A DNA stretch of 37,382 bases from Acidobacteriota bacterium (lineage in GTDB: Bacteria; Acidobacteriota; Holophagae; Thermotomaculales; Thermotomaculaceae). Every line of letters begins with the position of its first letter. Position 1 is the first letter of the stretch. The notes below the pieces were generated by a model. The model searched no databases. It was given only the letters and a program-made list of their open reading frames with translations, and had not been told where the DNA came from. The position numbers and the translations under genes were made by a program. The stretch lies in NCBI GenBank assembly GCA_003650445.1, contig QMQE01000001.1, positions 1 to 37,382 on the forward strand, read 5' to 3'. This document shows positions 7,032-16,359 of the stretch, in pieces.

Positions 7032-7231
7032 ATTTTTATTTTTACCTTAATTTTAATATGTCTTTTTTTATTCATTTCTGTTCAATTTCCTGCTATGGCA
7101 TGCCCTTGATTCCCCACAACGATCTTATAAACTTTATTTTGTTTATTCCCCTCATTGGCGGGCTAAACACCATTTTGGTTATATTTTTCCTTTATCATTT
7201 TGATCTCCTCAATCAAAAGGGGCAGCCTATA

Positions 7232-8482
7232 TTAGCTTTCCAACAGTTTTCGGGCAATGAGTTTGCCTTCTTCGACACCGGGCTGGTCGAAGGGATTGAC
7301 GTTCATCAGGTAGCCTGTGATGGCGGTCTGCATTTCAAACATAAATATCAGGGCACCCAGAGTCTCGCCATCCAGTTTCTCCAGTTGATATTCGAAAACA
7401 GGCAGGCTGTTCCGCTCCAGAGACTGCATGGTCCCCTCAGCTTCCGCCTGCATCAACTCACCAAATGCTTTTCCCCTGAGAACCTCGAAAGATGAGTAGT
7501 TGTCAAAAACAGCCGGGATCGGGACGTCTTTCTGTTCTTTTACGGTGAAAAAGAAAAAGGATTTGTCTCCAGGGCCTTCTTTGTAGAGCTGAAGCTGGGA
7601 GTGCTGGTCGGTAACCCCCACTGCCACTACGCCGGTCTGGCCGCTTCTCACCACCATTCCCCTGCGATTTTTCAGTTTGCCGAGGCTTTCGGCAAATAGC
7701 TGCAGATACCAGTCCCCGAAGGTTTTCAGCCGGTCACAATAGGGAAACAATACTTTGATGTTCCGGTTCTGCTCCTGGGAGAGGTAATCCAGTACGGCAC
7801 CACAGACGGCGCGGCCCCTGCCCTCTCGTTTTTCCCGCTTTGCTCCAAGAAGCAGGTGAACAGGATCGATCCCCGCGAACATGGCGGGGAACAGCCCCAC
7901 CGGTGTCAGCACAGAGAAACGTCCACCTACGTTGTTGGGAATGGACAAGCTGATCAGGCCTTTTTCCTCGGCGAGCTGTCGCAACGCTCCTTTTTTAATA
8001 TCTGTTGTCACCACAACCCGCCTGAATGCTTCTTTTTCTCCGAGTTTTTCCGCAAGATGGGCAAAAAATGCGCTGAACAGTGATAGGGGCTCTACTGTTG
8101 AACCGGATTTGGAGATGACGTTCAAAACGCTTTTTTCCGGCTCCATTTCGTTCAACAGCCGATGGATGGTGTCACTGTCCACATTGTCCACAACCACCAC
8201 TCTGCGCCGGCAGCTGTCGGGGAAAGCCCTTAAGAGCATGGATGTACCCAGGGCGGAACCGCCGATGCCAAGGACGTAGAGGGTTTCCATCCCGGCTGGC
8301 AGCCGGTTCAGGGCTTCGTCAGAGTGGTCAAGGTAAATTAACTGTTCCGGAAGGTCTGTGAAACCGACAGCCGGGTCCTCACAGATCCGGTCGAAGAAGA
8401 GCTCCCCCTTTCTTGCCAGTTCCCGGTATGTAATCCCTTCCGTGAGGTATGCCATTTTTCTCATGTTCAATGTAATTCCCAT
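7232..8482 (-). CDS. pgi: Glucose-6-phosphate isomerase
   Basis: ORF 7232-8599. The preferred start is ATG 8482, 7 nt after GGGAGG; ATG 8464 is an alternative. LGIGGSALG, ISKSGSTVEP and a QHSQLQLY-type segment are typical of short bacterial PGI. Confidence 0.88.
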   Translation of the reverse strand: MGITLNMRKMAYLTEGITYRELARKGELFFDRICEDPAVGFTDLPEQLIYLDHSDEALNRLPAGMETLYVLGIGGSALGTSMLLRAFPDSCRRRVVVVDNVDSDTIHRLLNEMEPEKSVLNVISKSGSTVEPLSLFSAFFAHLAEKLGEKEAFRRVVVTTDIKKGALRQLAEEKGLISLSIPNNVGGRFSVLTPVGLFPAMFAGIDPVHLLLGAKREKREGRGRAVCGAVLDYLSQEQNRNIKVLFPYCDRLKTFGDWYLQLFAESLGKLKNRRGMVVRSGQTGVVAVGVTDQHSQLQLYKEGPGDKSFFFFTVKEQKDVPIPAVFDNYSSFEVLRGKAFGELMQAEAEGTMQSLERNSLPVFEYQLEKLDGETLGALIFMFEMQTAITGYLMNVNPFDQPGVEEGKLIARKLLES

Positions 8483-9351
8483 TGTATGCCTCCCTGCAGT
8501 TCCACCCATGGAAGATGAAATACAATGCCATTTTGAAATAGTATGTAGTCCTTCGACACTTTCTTCATAGATTTTAGCACGGACTTGCCCACTGTACACA
8601 TTTTTGTAGTTTCAGTATAAAAATGAAGGTGGGCTCCGTCTGAATCCGCCTCAACACGGTCACAAATTATGCCCCCGGGAACGGCGGCCTCCGGCAATGA
8701 AACCCCAAGGGCACCGCCCATGATGTCCAGTGTATCCGGCGTCCGGCACCAGCCCATTTCAACACCCCCGATTCTCTCAAAGGCAGTGTGGAAAAAACCC
8801 CGAACCGGCCTTCGGCAGGCGATCTCTTTGAGAACGCCCAGCTTTGTGAGTTTCAGTACCACTGACGGATGAAGCAGTAAGCGGGTTTCATCCGTTAAAA
8901 TCGGGGATAAGGCCGGTTTTTCGTTCCATATTCCGGATTCATCCTCAAAGAAAGCAAACTCCCCCTCAGCTTCCAGTTCCAGCCCTGATGCCGTGACAAG
9001 AATATCACGAAACCAGCCCCGGTAATTTGACCCGAGCCTTGCGGTAGCGGGAATGGCAATGGACATTCGCTCCTGTCCTCCTGGAATCGGAATCCCCGCC
9101 GGTTCCGGCCTCACAAGTTCAATGAGGGCGCTTACCGCTCCCATGGAGGGAAGAAAGCCGCCAATCCCAAAGGCCCATTCCAGTCCTTCCCGCTGCCAGC
9201 GAACCCGGGAAAACGCACGGACACCGCGCAACTTCGGCAGGTTTGCAGTCCTTTGTTCACTGAAAATGCAGCGATAATACACTTCAGTGTTGTCGGAAGC
9301 TGTTTTTCCCCGGACAAAACGGGCCAGTTCAGTCAACGGGCGAAGAAACAT
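8467..9351 (-). CDS. Conserved-looking hypothetical protein (294 aa), no family recognised
   Basis: This long ORF has local codon usage. It overlaps the trmL stop by 23 nt and the preferred pgi start by 16 nt, so it is probably co-transcribed. I could not assign any motif. Confidence 0.6.
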   Translation of the reverse strand: MFLRPLTELARFVRGKTASDNTEVYYRCIFSEQRTANLPKLRGVRAFSRVRWQREGLEWAFGIGGFLPSMGAVSALIELVRPEPAGIPIPGGQERMSIAIPATARLGSNYRGWFRDILVTASGLELEAEGEFAFFEDESGIWNEKPALSPILTDETRLLLHPSVVLKLTKLGVLKEIACRRPVRGFFHTAFERIGGVEMGWCRTPDTLDIMGGALGVSLPEAAVPGGIICDRVEADSDGAHLHFYTETTKMCTVGKSVLKSMKKVSKDYILFQNGIVFHLPWVELQGGIQWELH

Positions 9352-9808
9352 GCAACTGCCTCATCCCCTCATAAACGGCAACCGCCACACTGTTGGCAAG
9401 GTTGATGCTCCGGGTTTCACCTGGCATGGGGATTTTCACTGCCTGTTCACTATATTTTTCAATGAGGATTTCCGGCAACCCCTTTGTTTCTTTGCCGAAA
9501 ATAAGCGCATCCCCCTGTTTGAACGAGACATCCCAGTAAGTTTTCACTGCTTTTTTTGAAAAGAAATAGAAATTTGCCGGTTTTACTGTTTCCAGGAAGT
9601 CATCCAGACTGTCGTGGAGTTTCCAGTCAAGGTGTTTCCAGTAGTCCAGGCCGGCCCGTTTCATGTAACGGTCTTCAAGCGAAAAGCCAAGGGGCTGAAT
9701 CAGATGTAACCGGCAGTGAGAACCGACACATAAACGGCCGATGTTCCCCGTATTTTGCGGAATTTCCGGCTCTACCAGCACAACGTGAAAATGGGGTACG
9801 TCCAGCAA
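9329..9808 (-). CDS. trmL: tRNA (cytidine/uridine-2'-O)-methyltransferase TrmL (SpoU/TrmH family)
   Basis: VVLVEPEIPQNTGNIGRLC, IFGKETKGLP and SINLANSVAVAVYE match the family. The track ORF runs to 9883, but neither ATG (9883, 9844) has an SD. TTG 9808 lies 5 nt after AAGGAGG (9814-9820 on the minus strand) and gives the canonical short N-terminus (MLDVPHFHVVLVEPE), 159 aa. Confidence 0.85.
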   Translation of the reverse strand: MLDVPHFHVVLVEPEIPQNTGNIGRLCVGSHCRLHLIQPLGFSLEDRYMKRAGLDYWKHLDWKLHDSLDDFLETVKPANFYFFSKKAVKTYWDVSFKQGDALIFGKETKGLPEILIEKYSEQAVKIPMPGETRSINLANSVAVAVYEGMRQLHVSSPVD

Positions 9809-9931
9809 CTCATCCTCCTTAAATTCAAATAAAGATTTTATCATAAATAGGAAAGGAGGGATTGAAAACAGCGCTTCTGTCATTTATAGTGATGAAGCAG
9901 AAGATTGTAGTTTTGATTGAGGAGGAATTTC

Positions 9932-11449
9932 ATGGAATTCATGAAAGAACTTGGTTTAGAAGGCGTTCTCAGCGGGACCTATGCCGGCGAATGGATAAGC
10001 GCCGAAGGTCGTGACAAACTTGTTTCCTTTTCCCCCGCAAGCGGGGAAGCTATTGGAACGATTCTCCAGACCAATGAAGAAGATTATGAGCGTGTGCTGA
10101 AGTCTTCCACCGAAGCATGGAAAAAATGGCGGATGACACCGGCTCCCATCCGGGGACTGGTGATTCGGGACCTGGCAGATGAACTCCGCAAGTTCAAAGA
10201 GCCACTGGGCAAACTGGTTTCCCTTGAGATGGGGAAAATTTACCAGGAAGGGCTGGGCGAAGTCCAGGAGATGATCGACATCTGCGATTTCGCAGTGGGT
10301 CTGTCCCGTCAACTTTACGGCAAAACCATGCCGTCAGAACGCCCTGAACACCGGATTCAGGAACAATGGCACCCGCTGGGAACCATCGGTATCATCACCG
10401 CTTTTAACTTCCCCGTCGCGGTGTATGCGTGGAACGCCGCACTGGCTGCCGTCTGCGGAGACGCTATGATCTGGAAACCGTCGTCTAAAGCACCTCTTTG
10501 CGCCGTAGCGGTACAGAACATTGTCAACCGGGTGGCAAAGCGCCATGACTGTCAGGGCGTGTTCAACCTGATTATCGGCAAGGGCTCAACCGTCGGTGAA
10601 CGGCTCCTCCAGGACAAACGGGTTCCCCTCATCAGCTTTACCGGCTCAGTACCCATGGGCCGGCACGTAGGTGAAGCTGTCGGCGCAAGGCTCGGCCGCA
10701 CTATCCTGGAACTCGGTGGCAACAACGCCGTTGTGGTGATGGAAGACGCGGACATTGACAACGCGGTTAACAGCGTATTTTTCGGCGCAGTCGGTACCTC
10801 CGGCCAGCGCTGCACCTCCACCCGGCGGGTCCTGATACACAAGGATGTGAAAGACGAATTCATCTCCAAACTGGTGAGCAAATATCAGCATGTCCGCATC
10901 GGCGATCCCCTGGATCCTCACACGGTAATGGGGCCCCTGGTGGACGAACAGGCAATTATTGCCTTCGAGCGTGCCATTGATGAAGTCAAGAAAGCCGGTG
11001 GAAAGATTCTCTACGCCGGGGAACGGATTGAAGGAAAAGGCTCTTTTGTAAAGCCCTGCATCGCAGAAGTGGAAAACCACTACAAGATAGTTCAGGAAGA
11101 GACTTTCGCTCCCCTTCTCTACATCATTGAAGTCAACTCTATTGATGACGCCATTGAGAAGCACAATGACGTGCCCCAGGGCCTCTCTTCCTCCATTTTC
11201 ACCCGGAACTTTCACTACGCTGAAAAGTTCGTTTCACCGGAAGGCAGTGACTGCGGCATGGCAAATGTCAACCTCGGCACTTCCGGCGCGGAAATCGGCG
11301 GGGCTTTCGGTGGTGAAAAGGAAACCGGCGGTGGACGGGAATCCGGCTCCGACGCATGGAAACTGTACATGAGACGGCTGACATCCGCCATTAACTACGG
11401 TTCCGAATTTGTTCTCGCACAGGGAATCAAGTTTGGAGAAGACGACTGA
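9932..11449 (+). CDS. Aldehyde dehydrogenase, ALDH7 / piperideine-6-carboxylate (aminoadipate-semialdehyde) dehydrogenase-like
   Basis: ATG 9932 follows GAGGAGG. ELGGNNA and GTSGQRCTSTRR (catalytic Cys) are present. The N-terminus (LGLEGVLSGTYAGEW..G..L.SFSPASGE) and EETFAPLLY are typical of the ALDH7 subgroup. Confidence 0.85.
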   Translation: MEFMKELGLEGVLSGTYAGEWISAEGRDKLVSFSPASGEAIGTILQTNEEDYERVLKSSTEAWKKWRMTPAPIRGLVIRDLADELRKFKEPLGKLVSLEMGKIYQEGLGEVQEMIDICDFAVGLSRQLYGKTMPSERPEHRIQEQWHPLGTIGIITAFNFPVAVYAWNAALAAVCGDAMIWKPSSKAPLCAVAVQNIVNRVAKRHDCQGVFNLIIGKGSTVGERLLQDKRVPLISFTGSVPMGRHVGEAVGARLGRTILELGGNNAVVVMEDADIDNAVNSVFFGAVGTSGQRCTSTRRVLIHKDVKDEFISKLVSKYQHVRIGDPLDPHTVMGPLVDEQAIIAFERAIDEVKKAGGKILYAGERIEGKGSFVKPCIAEVENHYKIVQEETFAPLLYIIEVNSIDDAIEKHNDVPQGLSSSIFTRNFHYAEKFVSPEGSDCGMANVNLGTSGAEIGGAFGGEKETGGGRESGSDAWKLYMRRLTSAINYGSEFVLAQGIKFGEDD

Positions 11450-11468
11450 GTGAGTTCAATAGAATCAT

Positions 11469-11507
11469 AAAAAAGAAGGGGGGCAAATGCCCCCCTTCTT
11501 TTTTTCC
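11469..11507. terminator. Bidirectional rho-independent terminator
   Basis: The sequence is aaaaaaGAAGGGGGGCaaatGCCCCCCTTCttttttt. It forms a 10-bp GC-rich stem flanked by an A-run and a T-run, between the convergent ALDH and DUF4097-like genes. Confidence 0.9.
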
Positions 11508-11522
11508 TCTCTAAGATAACTT

Positions 11523-12365
11523 TCAATCACACAGTAGAATAATTTTCCCGTTCACATTTTCCAATGAAATCCTGGCACCGCCCTTCTCTGAAACATGGAT
11601 TTTTTTCCCATGCATACGAGTTTTCCAATTTTCCCCTTCCTTCTTTTCCTTAAGATCCGCCGATCCTGTAGCCGATTCCATATTCAGCCTGCCGAGGCAT
11701 GCAGTGGGGATACGCACGATCATGCTTCCGTTTACAAATTCGGCCTTCACTTTTTCCAGTTCAGGTGAAATGGAGGATAATTTCAGTCTTCCATTTACAG
11801 CATCAATTACAACCCATTTTTTCACATTTCGAATATCCATTCTGCTGTTTACAGCTTCAATGGACGCACCGGTAATTCCATTCATTATTACGTCACCGTT
11901 CACAACATCTACGGTAACCCGATTCATTCCTTCCACGTTAATATCCCCATTCACGAGATCCACTGACACATCCTTTTGAACCGGCATTGAAATCTCAAAA
12001 TCAACAGACATTTGAATTGAATTTCCGAGTCCGAAAAAAGAATTTGTTTTGGGCCGATTTACCACAATTTTTAAGACCTTATTCCCCCGAGTAACATTAA
12101 TTTTTACTTTTTGATAATAACTTTCGCAAGCCTCGTCAGAGGACCCTTTTATGGTAATCGTCGCTTTAATCTTGAGTTTTCTATTCTTTTGAGCAAGAAA
12201 AAAATGACAATCTCCGTTTACATTATCCAGTGTCACCTTTGTAATTGCGGCCGGGTTTGAAATTTCTTTGTGAAAACTGTCTGTCAAAACTGATGCACCA
12301 ACCGGATTCACAATCACCAGGAAAGATAAGAAAATGAAAAGATTAGTTAATTTGGTAATATTCAT
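11523..12365 (-). CDS. Secreted beta-strand repeat protein, DUF4097/putative-adhesin-like
   Basis: A signal peptide (MNITKLTNLFIFLSFLVIVNPVGA) is followed by repeated VNGD/VNGx strands (LDNVNGDC, DLVNGDINV, DVVNGDVIM, IDAVNGRLKL, EFVNGSMIV, LENVNGKIIL). GAGGGGGG lies upstream of the ATG. Confidence 0.75.
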   Translation of the reverse strand: MNITKLTNLFIFLSFLVIVNPVGASVLTDSFHKEISNPAAITKVTLDNVNGDCHFFLAQKNRKLKIKATITIKGSSDEACESYYQKVKINVTRGNKVLKIVVNRPKTNSFFGLGNSIQMSVDFEISMPVQKDVSVDLVNGDINVEGMNRVTVDVVNGDVIMNGITGASIEAVNSRMDIRNVKKWVVIDAVNGRLKLSSISPELEKVKAEFVNGSMIVRIPTACLGRLNMESATGSADLKEKKEGENWKTRMHGKKIHVSEKGGARISLENVNGKIILLCD

Positions 12366-12431
12366 GTTCCCCCCTCATCATACTCAGGGAGAAATACGAG
12401 AATTGTTCCTGATTTGTTTCAAAGGCAGTTT

Positions 12432-12926
12432 TCAGGTATTTAGTGAAGGCTCCTTTTTTCTGGCTACCACCCGTCTTGTTCCATCCATCATTGTCGCAAT
12501 CCTCTCCACAGTGAGTAAGCGGGAAACAGCCTGTTCAATTTCCCGATTTGTGAGGAAAACACCATTCATTTCCTTTGCTGTTGATTCAGAGCAAAAGAAG
12601 ACAACCAGAATTCCCTCATTGACCAATGTAGAACTCAATTCAAGAAACAGTCTTTCCATATTCTCAGATTCACGCATGGTCATTTCCTGTGTGGCAATCG
12701 CAAGTGCGAATTCTCCGTAGGCGGAACCCTTCTCTCCAATCGGCAGACTATCCTCTAAAACCTTAATCTCCCTCTCTTTCCCGGAAAAAAATGATTCAAG
12801 GCCGGATTCCTTTATTTCAGCCCCAAGGAGAAGGACTTTCCCTTCCGGTAAATCCTCCAGTTCAGAGATGTTTTCTATGTTCTCTTTTTTCACCATTATC
12901 TTTTTCAAGTTGACCCTCCGTAGCAT
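12432..12926 (-). CDS. Hypothetical cytoplasmic protein (about 154-164 aa)
   Basis: The ORF overlaps the end of the M16 gene. The start is uncertain (ATG 12926 or 12896), and neither candidate has a well-spaced SD. A weak Rossmann/methyltransferase-like pattern (GKVLLLGAE ... LVNEGILVVFF) is too degenerate to call. Confidence 0.5.
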   Translation of the reverse strand: MLRRVNLKKIMVKKENIENISELEDLPEGKVLLLGAEIKESGLESFFSGKEREIKVLEDSLPIGEKGSAYGEFALAIATQEMTMRESENMERLFLELSSTLVNEGILVVFFCSESTAKEMNGVFLTNREIEQAVSRLLTVERIATMMDGTRRVVARKKEPSLNT

Positions 12927-14190
12927 TTATCAGCATGCGAATCTCAGGCCCGCTAAACAGTGCTTTTGCATTCGCAAGGGTACCAATATCCACTTTTTCA
13001 ATAGATTTGTCAACCTGTTCTTCAAAATTTAACGGGCGATGCCACAGGAGGTTTACTCCATAGAAGAATGCCTTATTGACATTCGTTAATCTCTTCATTC
13101 TACGGGAAATCAACAGACTGTTCCGAATCCGTTCCAGTTCAGTTTCAGACACTCCCGGTTCCTTTAGAAGCGTTTCCAGCATCTTGCTTATTCTGTCTGC
13201 GGAAGATTTGACGAATTTTGGAGATGTTCCCATAGAAACAGCGAGAAAATAACGCCCGCCAATGCTCCGTATACCCGCACCGATGGAATAGGCCAACCCT
13301 TCCCTCTCCCGCAACTGGAAAGAAATCAAGTCGGAGAACTCCCTTGCGAATAAGAGTGCAGCAGCCAGTTCACTTTCATTCAGGTTCTCTTTCAACGGAC
13401 GAACAAGCACCAATTGCCCCTGACTTTTCCTGCTGGTTTCATAGGACGCTGTTCTTTTCTCCGGAATTGTCATCTTTACCCGGAATTTGGCGCCACAAGG
13501 GGCACCTGCCTTAGAAGCGGTGAACCTGCCTTCAATTTCTTTTTTCAAAGAGGCCGCATTCACATCCCCCACAACTGTAATAGTCATGTTTCCGGGAGAA
13601 TAATAGCGTCTCATGAACTTTTTCACCCGCATCAGATCGGGAATTTTACCTTTGAAATAAGTGGGATAAGCCGGATATTCGTTCTCAAAGAGAAGCTGTC
13701 TCAGGTGCTGCCCGGCAACAGCATTCAGCGATCTCCGCATCCGGTTCCCCCTTGTGCAGGAGCGTACTGCCTGGGCCAACTCTTTCCCGTTCACAGTTTC
13801 GGCTGATTGTATCAGCTGCGATACAAGAGAAAGTGCTTCTGCCACCTTCCCGTTGGGAACTTTTCCCCTGATAAAGGACATTTCGTCCCGGGTGTAATAA
13901 TCATCAAAGGGAAGAAAGGGATAGTCGTAAAACTGCAATTCACAACCCAGCTTGTCAAATTCCTGTTGCATTTTCCTGTAATTCTGTTCCAGAATGTATC
14001 CTGTCAGGTCTGCAAAACCAGGTGTGTTCATCTCTTGTTCACACAGCTTTCGCCCTTTGAAGGCAATATGGAAACCAGCCGCCACCGAACCTGGCAGGGC
14101 TTGTACTGAAACTGTTGCATTTCTTTCATTTTCCCCAGCAAATCCACACATGGAAACCGACAGAAGCAGAAGCACCAGTAGCTGTTTCAT
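12862..14190 (-). CDS. M16 (pitrilysin) family peptidase, non-catalytic partner subunit
   Basis: The 442-aa ORF has a signal peptide and M16-like length and layout. The HxxEH position reads ADLTGYILEQ, so the zinc site is lost. It shares a 4-nt ATGA overlap with the upstream catalytic M16 gene. Confidence 0.75.
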   Translation of the reverse strand: MKQLLVLLLLSVSMCGFAGENERNATVSVQALPGSVAAGFHIAFKGRKLCEQEMNTPGFADLTGYILEQNYRKMQQEFDKLGCELQFYDYPFLPFDDYYTRDEMSFIRGKVPNGKVAEALSLVSQLIQSAETVNGKELAQAVRSCTRGNRMRRSLNAVAGQHLRQLLFENEYPAYPTYFKGKIPDLMRVKKFMRRYYSPGNMTITVVGDVNAASLKKEIEGRFTASKAGAPCGAKFRVKMTIPEKRTASYETSRKSQGQLVLVRPLKENLNESELAAALLFAREFSDLISFQLREREGLAYSIGAGIRSIGGRYFLAVSMGTSPKFVKSSADRISKMLETLLKEPGVSETELERIRNSLLISRRMKRLTNVNKAFFYGVNLLWHRPLNFEEQVDKSIEKVDIGTLANAKALFSGPEIRMLINATEGQLEKDNGEKREHRKHL

Positions 14191-15458
14191 TGCTTTTCCT
14201 CCCTGCCATTAATAAGAAGAGAGAGGCTGCGGCACTCTCCATTCAATTTCCGGATAAACTCGCCTACCGATTTATCACTTACCACAAGGGGATAGAGGGG
14301 GTTTTTCAGCCCCGCTGCAATTTGAGGCGCAAAGAGCATGCCAAAAAAATGCGGCCGTTCAAGAGAAAAAACAGTTTCCTGAACCATCCGGTTGGCAATC
14401 TCCCTCACATCCGCTGAACTCACCTTAAAATTTTTCAGATATACGGATAATTCCCGATCAAATTGAAGGGCGGTTTTCTCGTCTTTTACTCTCGCTCGAA
14501 TTTCAACCAGGCCGTAGTCCGCTGTGTAAACAGTCGAACAGGAGATTCTTGAATCCACAGCACTGAACTTCTGTTTCAGTCCCCTGTCCAGGAGCTCTAC
14601 CCCTATCTCCTGAGCACCAAATTCTTCTGAACCGACTCTGGCACACTGAAAGACCCGATAGTAAACGCTGTAAGGCAAAGAGGCTGCTTTTTGAACTTCC
14701 ATCTTCTTTGAACTCGGAATCTGGACATCTGCCGGAACTCCTTTCACATCCCCTGCAGGAATTTTCCCCAGTATGTCTTCCAGGGTCTTCATCACGTCTG
14801 TTTCGTTAAAATCCCCCACAATAACTGCCACCGCATTGGATGGAGCATAATACTTGTGGTAGAACTTGAGAATCTCTTCTCTTGGAATTCGTTTCACAGA
14901 ATCCGCGTCTCCCAGCACTTTCATTCCGTAACTGCTGGCCGGGAACAGTGTATGGCGCAGCAAAGCGCCTTCTTCGTAGGAGGGGCTCATTTTGTCCCGC
15001 TGAATTTCCTGAATTACAATAGATTTTTCCTTTGGCACCTTGTTTTCAGGCAAAGTGGAATGGAAAATCATATCCGACTGAATTTCCAGGGCTTTTGCGA
15101 AGTTTTCCTTCGAGCAGAGGGTGTAATAGGCAGTGTAATGGTCACCTGTGGATGCATTACTGTAACAACCGGCCCGATCCAGGTCGTCGTAGAGCTGTTT
15201 CTGCGTCCGTTTCGTCGTGCCGTTAAACATCAGATGCTCCAACAGATGAGATACCCCGTTATGCTCTTTGTTCTCATACTTCAGCCCCACTTTCATCACA
15301 ATTGTGGAAGAAATAACCGGGTTTTCTTTCACCGGTATCAAGAGAACGGGCATTCCGTTATTCAATTGAACCCATTTGTATTGAAATGGTGACCCTGGTG
15401 ATGCCGAAATCGACAGCGCAATCAGAAATACCAGCACAGATATCACAAATTTTTTCAA
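14187..15458 (-). CDS. M16 family zinc peptidase, catalytic subunit
   Basis: A signal peptide is followed by the inverted zinc motif HLLEHLMFNGT (HxxEH). The 423-aa ORF is translationally coupled to the inactive partner. Confidence 0.88.
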   Translation of the reverse strand: MKKFVISVLVFLIALSISASPGSPFQYKWVQLNNGMPVLLIPVKENPVISSTIVMKVGLKYENKEHNGVSHLLEHLMFNGTTKRTQKQLYDDLDRAGCYSNASTGDHYTAYYTLCSKENFAKALEIQSDMIFHSTLPENKVPKEKSIVIQEIQRDKMSPSYEEGALLRHTLFPASSYGMKVLGDADSVKRIPREEILKFYHKYYAPSNAVAVIVGDFNETDVMKTLEDILGKIPAGDVKGVPADVQIPSSKKMEVQKAASLPYSVYYRVFQCARVGSEEFGAQEIGVELLDRGLKQKFSAVDSRISCSTVYTADYGLVEIRARVKDEKTALQFDRELSVYLKNFKVSSADVREIANRMVQETVFSLERPHFFGMLFAPQIAAGLKNPLYPLVVSDKSVGEFIRKLNGECRSLSLLINGREEKQ

Positions 15459-15520
15459 GTCCCCTCCCGGTAACGAGTGATTATAATCTTTTCAGTCAAT
15501 TCAGGATAAACGTCACATCC

Positions 15521-16279
15521 TTACATGTCAACTTTCAAGTGCATAACACCATCGCGATTATCCACCATAAGGTCTGACACCATAAACGCCTTCTTCTTGT
15601 TTGCTGTTACAATGGTGATCATTTTCGCACCTCTGTCCACCATCAGCGGGCCATGGAGTTGGCTGATCTCGCGGGCTGTTCCCACAAAAACGCCATCCAC
15701 GTACACCGCGGCATCCGGATTGTTGATCTGGAAAAAAATCTTCAGAGGTGCCGCCACACGTGTCGGACTCGTTTGCTCAGGCTTTATATGAGACGGAGTA
15801 GCTGGCGACACAGGCACTTTATCCCGGCCGGGTTCCATTACCTTGTTCAAGTTCACTTGCTGGCCTGGAGCAACATTAATTGTAACCCGATAGCTGTGAA
15901 AGCCGGTTTTTCGTGCCTGTACCTCATGCTTCCCCGGGTTAACAATGAGGAAACGGGGGAAGCCGTCAAACTGGTCTGCTGTGCCAACCACGACTCCATC
16001 CAGACTGATTTCCGCATCTTTCGGTTGTATGTTTACATCAATGGCAGACAGGCCCTGTTGCTGATACTGATGACTGTCTGCGTAAATGGCACTGCCAATC
16101 AACGCACCCAAAAGAGACAATGCCACGATTCCGTTTGAATCAGAGTCTCCCTGAATAGCAACACTGCCACCGAATCGGCCATTATACGCCCCCACCTGTG
16201 TCCCAATCACCGCGTGGTGGCAGGACATGGTGAATATCAGCAGAACCCCGGTCAGGGCCATTCCTGTTCTTGTTTTCAT
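15521..16279 (-). CDS. PEGA-domain lipoprotein-like secreted protein
   Basis: The signal ends in Cys (LLIFTMSC). There are two PEGA-type modules (QPKDAEISLDGVVVGTA..PGKHEVQ and NNPDAAVYVDGVFVGTA) separated by a Pro/Ser/Thr linker. Confidence 0.7.
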   Translation of the reverse strand: MKTRTGMALTGVLLIFTMSCHHAVIGTQVGAYNGRFGGSVAIQGDSDSNGIVALSLLGALIGSAIYADSHQYQQQGLSAIDVNIQPKDAEISLDGVVVGTADQFDGFPRFLIVNPGKHEVQARKTGFHSYRVTINVAPGQQVNLNKVMEPGRDKVPVSPATPSHIKPEQTSPTRVAAPLKIFFQINNPDAAVYVDGVFVGTAREISQLHGPLMVDRGAKMITIVTANKKKAFMVSDLMVDNRDGVMHLKVDM

Positions 16280-16359
16280 GGAACCCTCCTCATAAAATCA
16301 GTTGCCACGAGATATACCATCAAGAAACATGCCAGTATCCTGCCCCACGGAGAGGACAA

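Noticed and set aside
6956-7495. 179-aa plus-strand ORF spanning the islet/pgi junction
   Set aside because: It runs antisense to the pgi 3' end and through AT-rich promoter-like DNA. Its Phe/Ile/Leu-rich translation is a composition artefact.
12432-12926. Calling the small ORF a SAM-dependent methyltransferase
   Set aside because: Only a vague Rossmann-like pattern is present. The glycine-rich motif I is not intact (VLLLGAE), so it is left as hypothetical.
11523-12926. DUF4097-like gene and neighbouring small ORF as a horizontally acquired accessory pair
   Set aside because: The sequence looks somewhat more AT-rich by eye, but I did not quantify it. There are no mobility genes or flanking repeats, and the bidirectional terminator gives an ordinary operon boundary.
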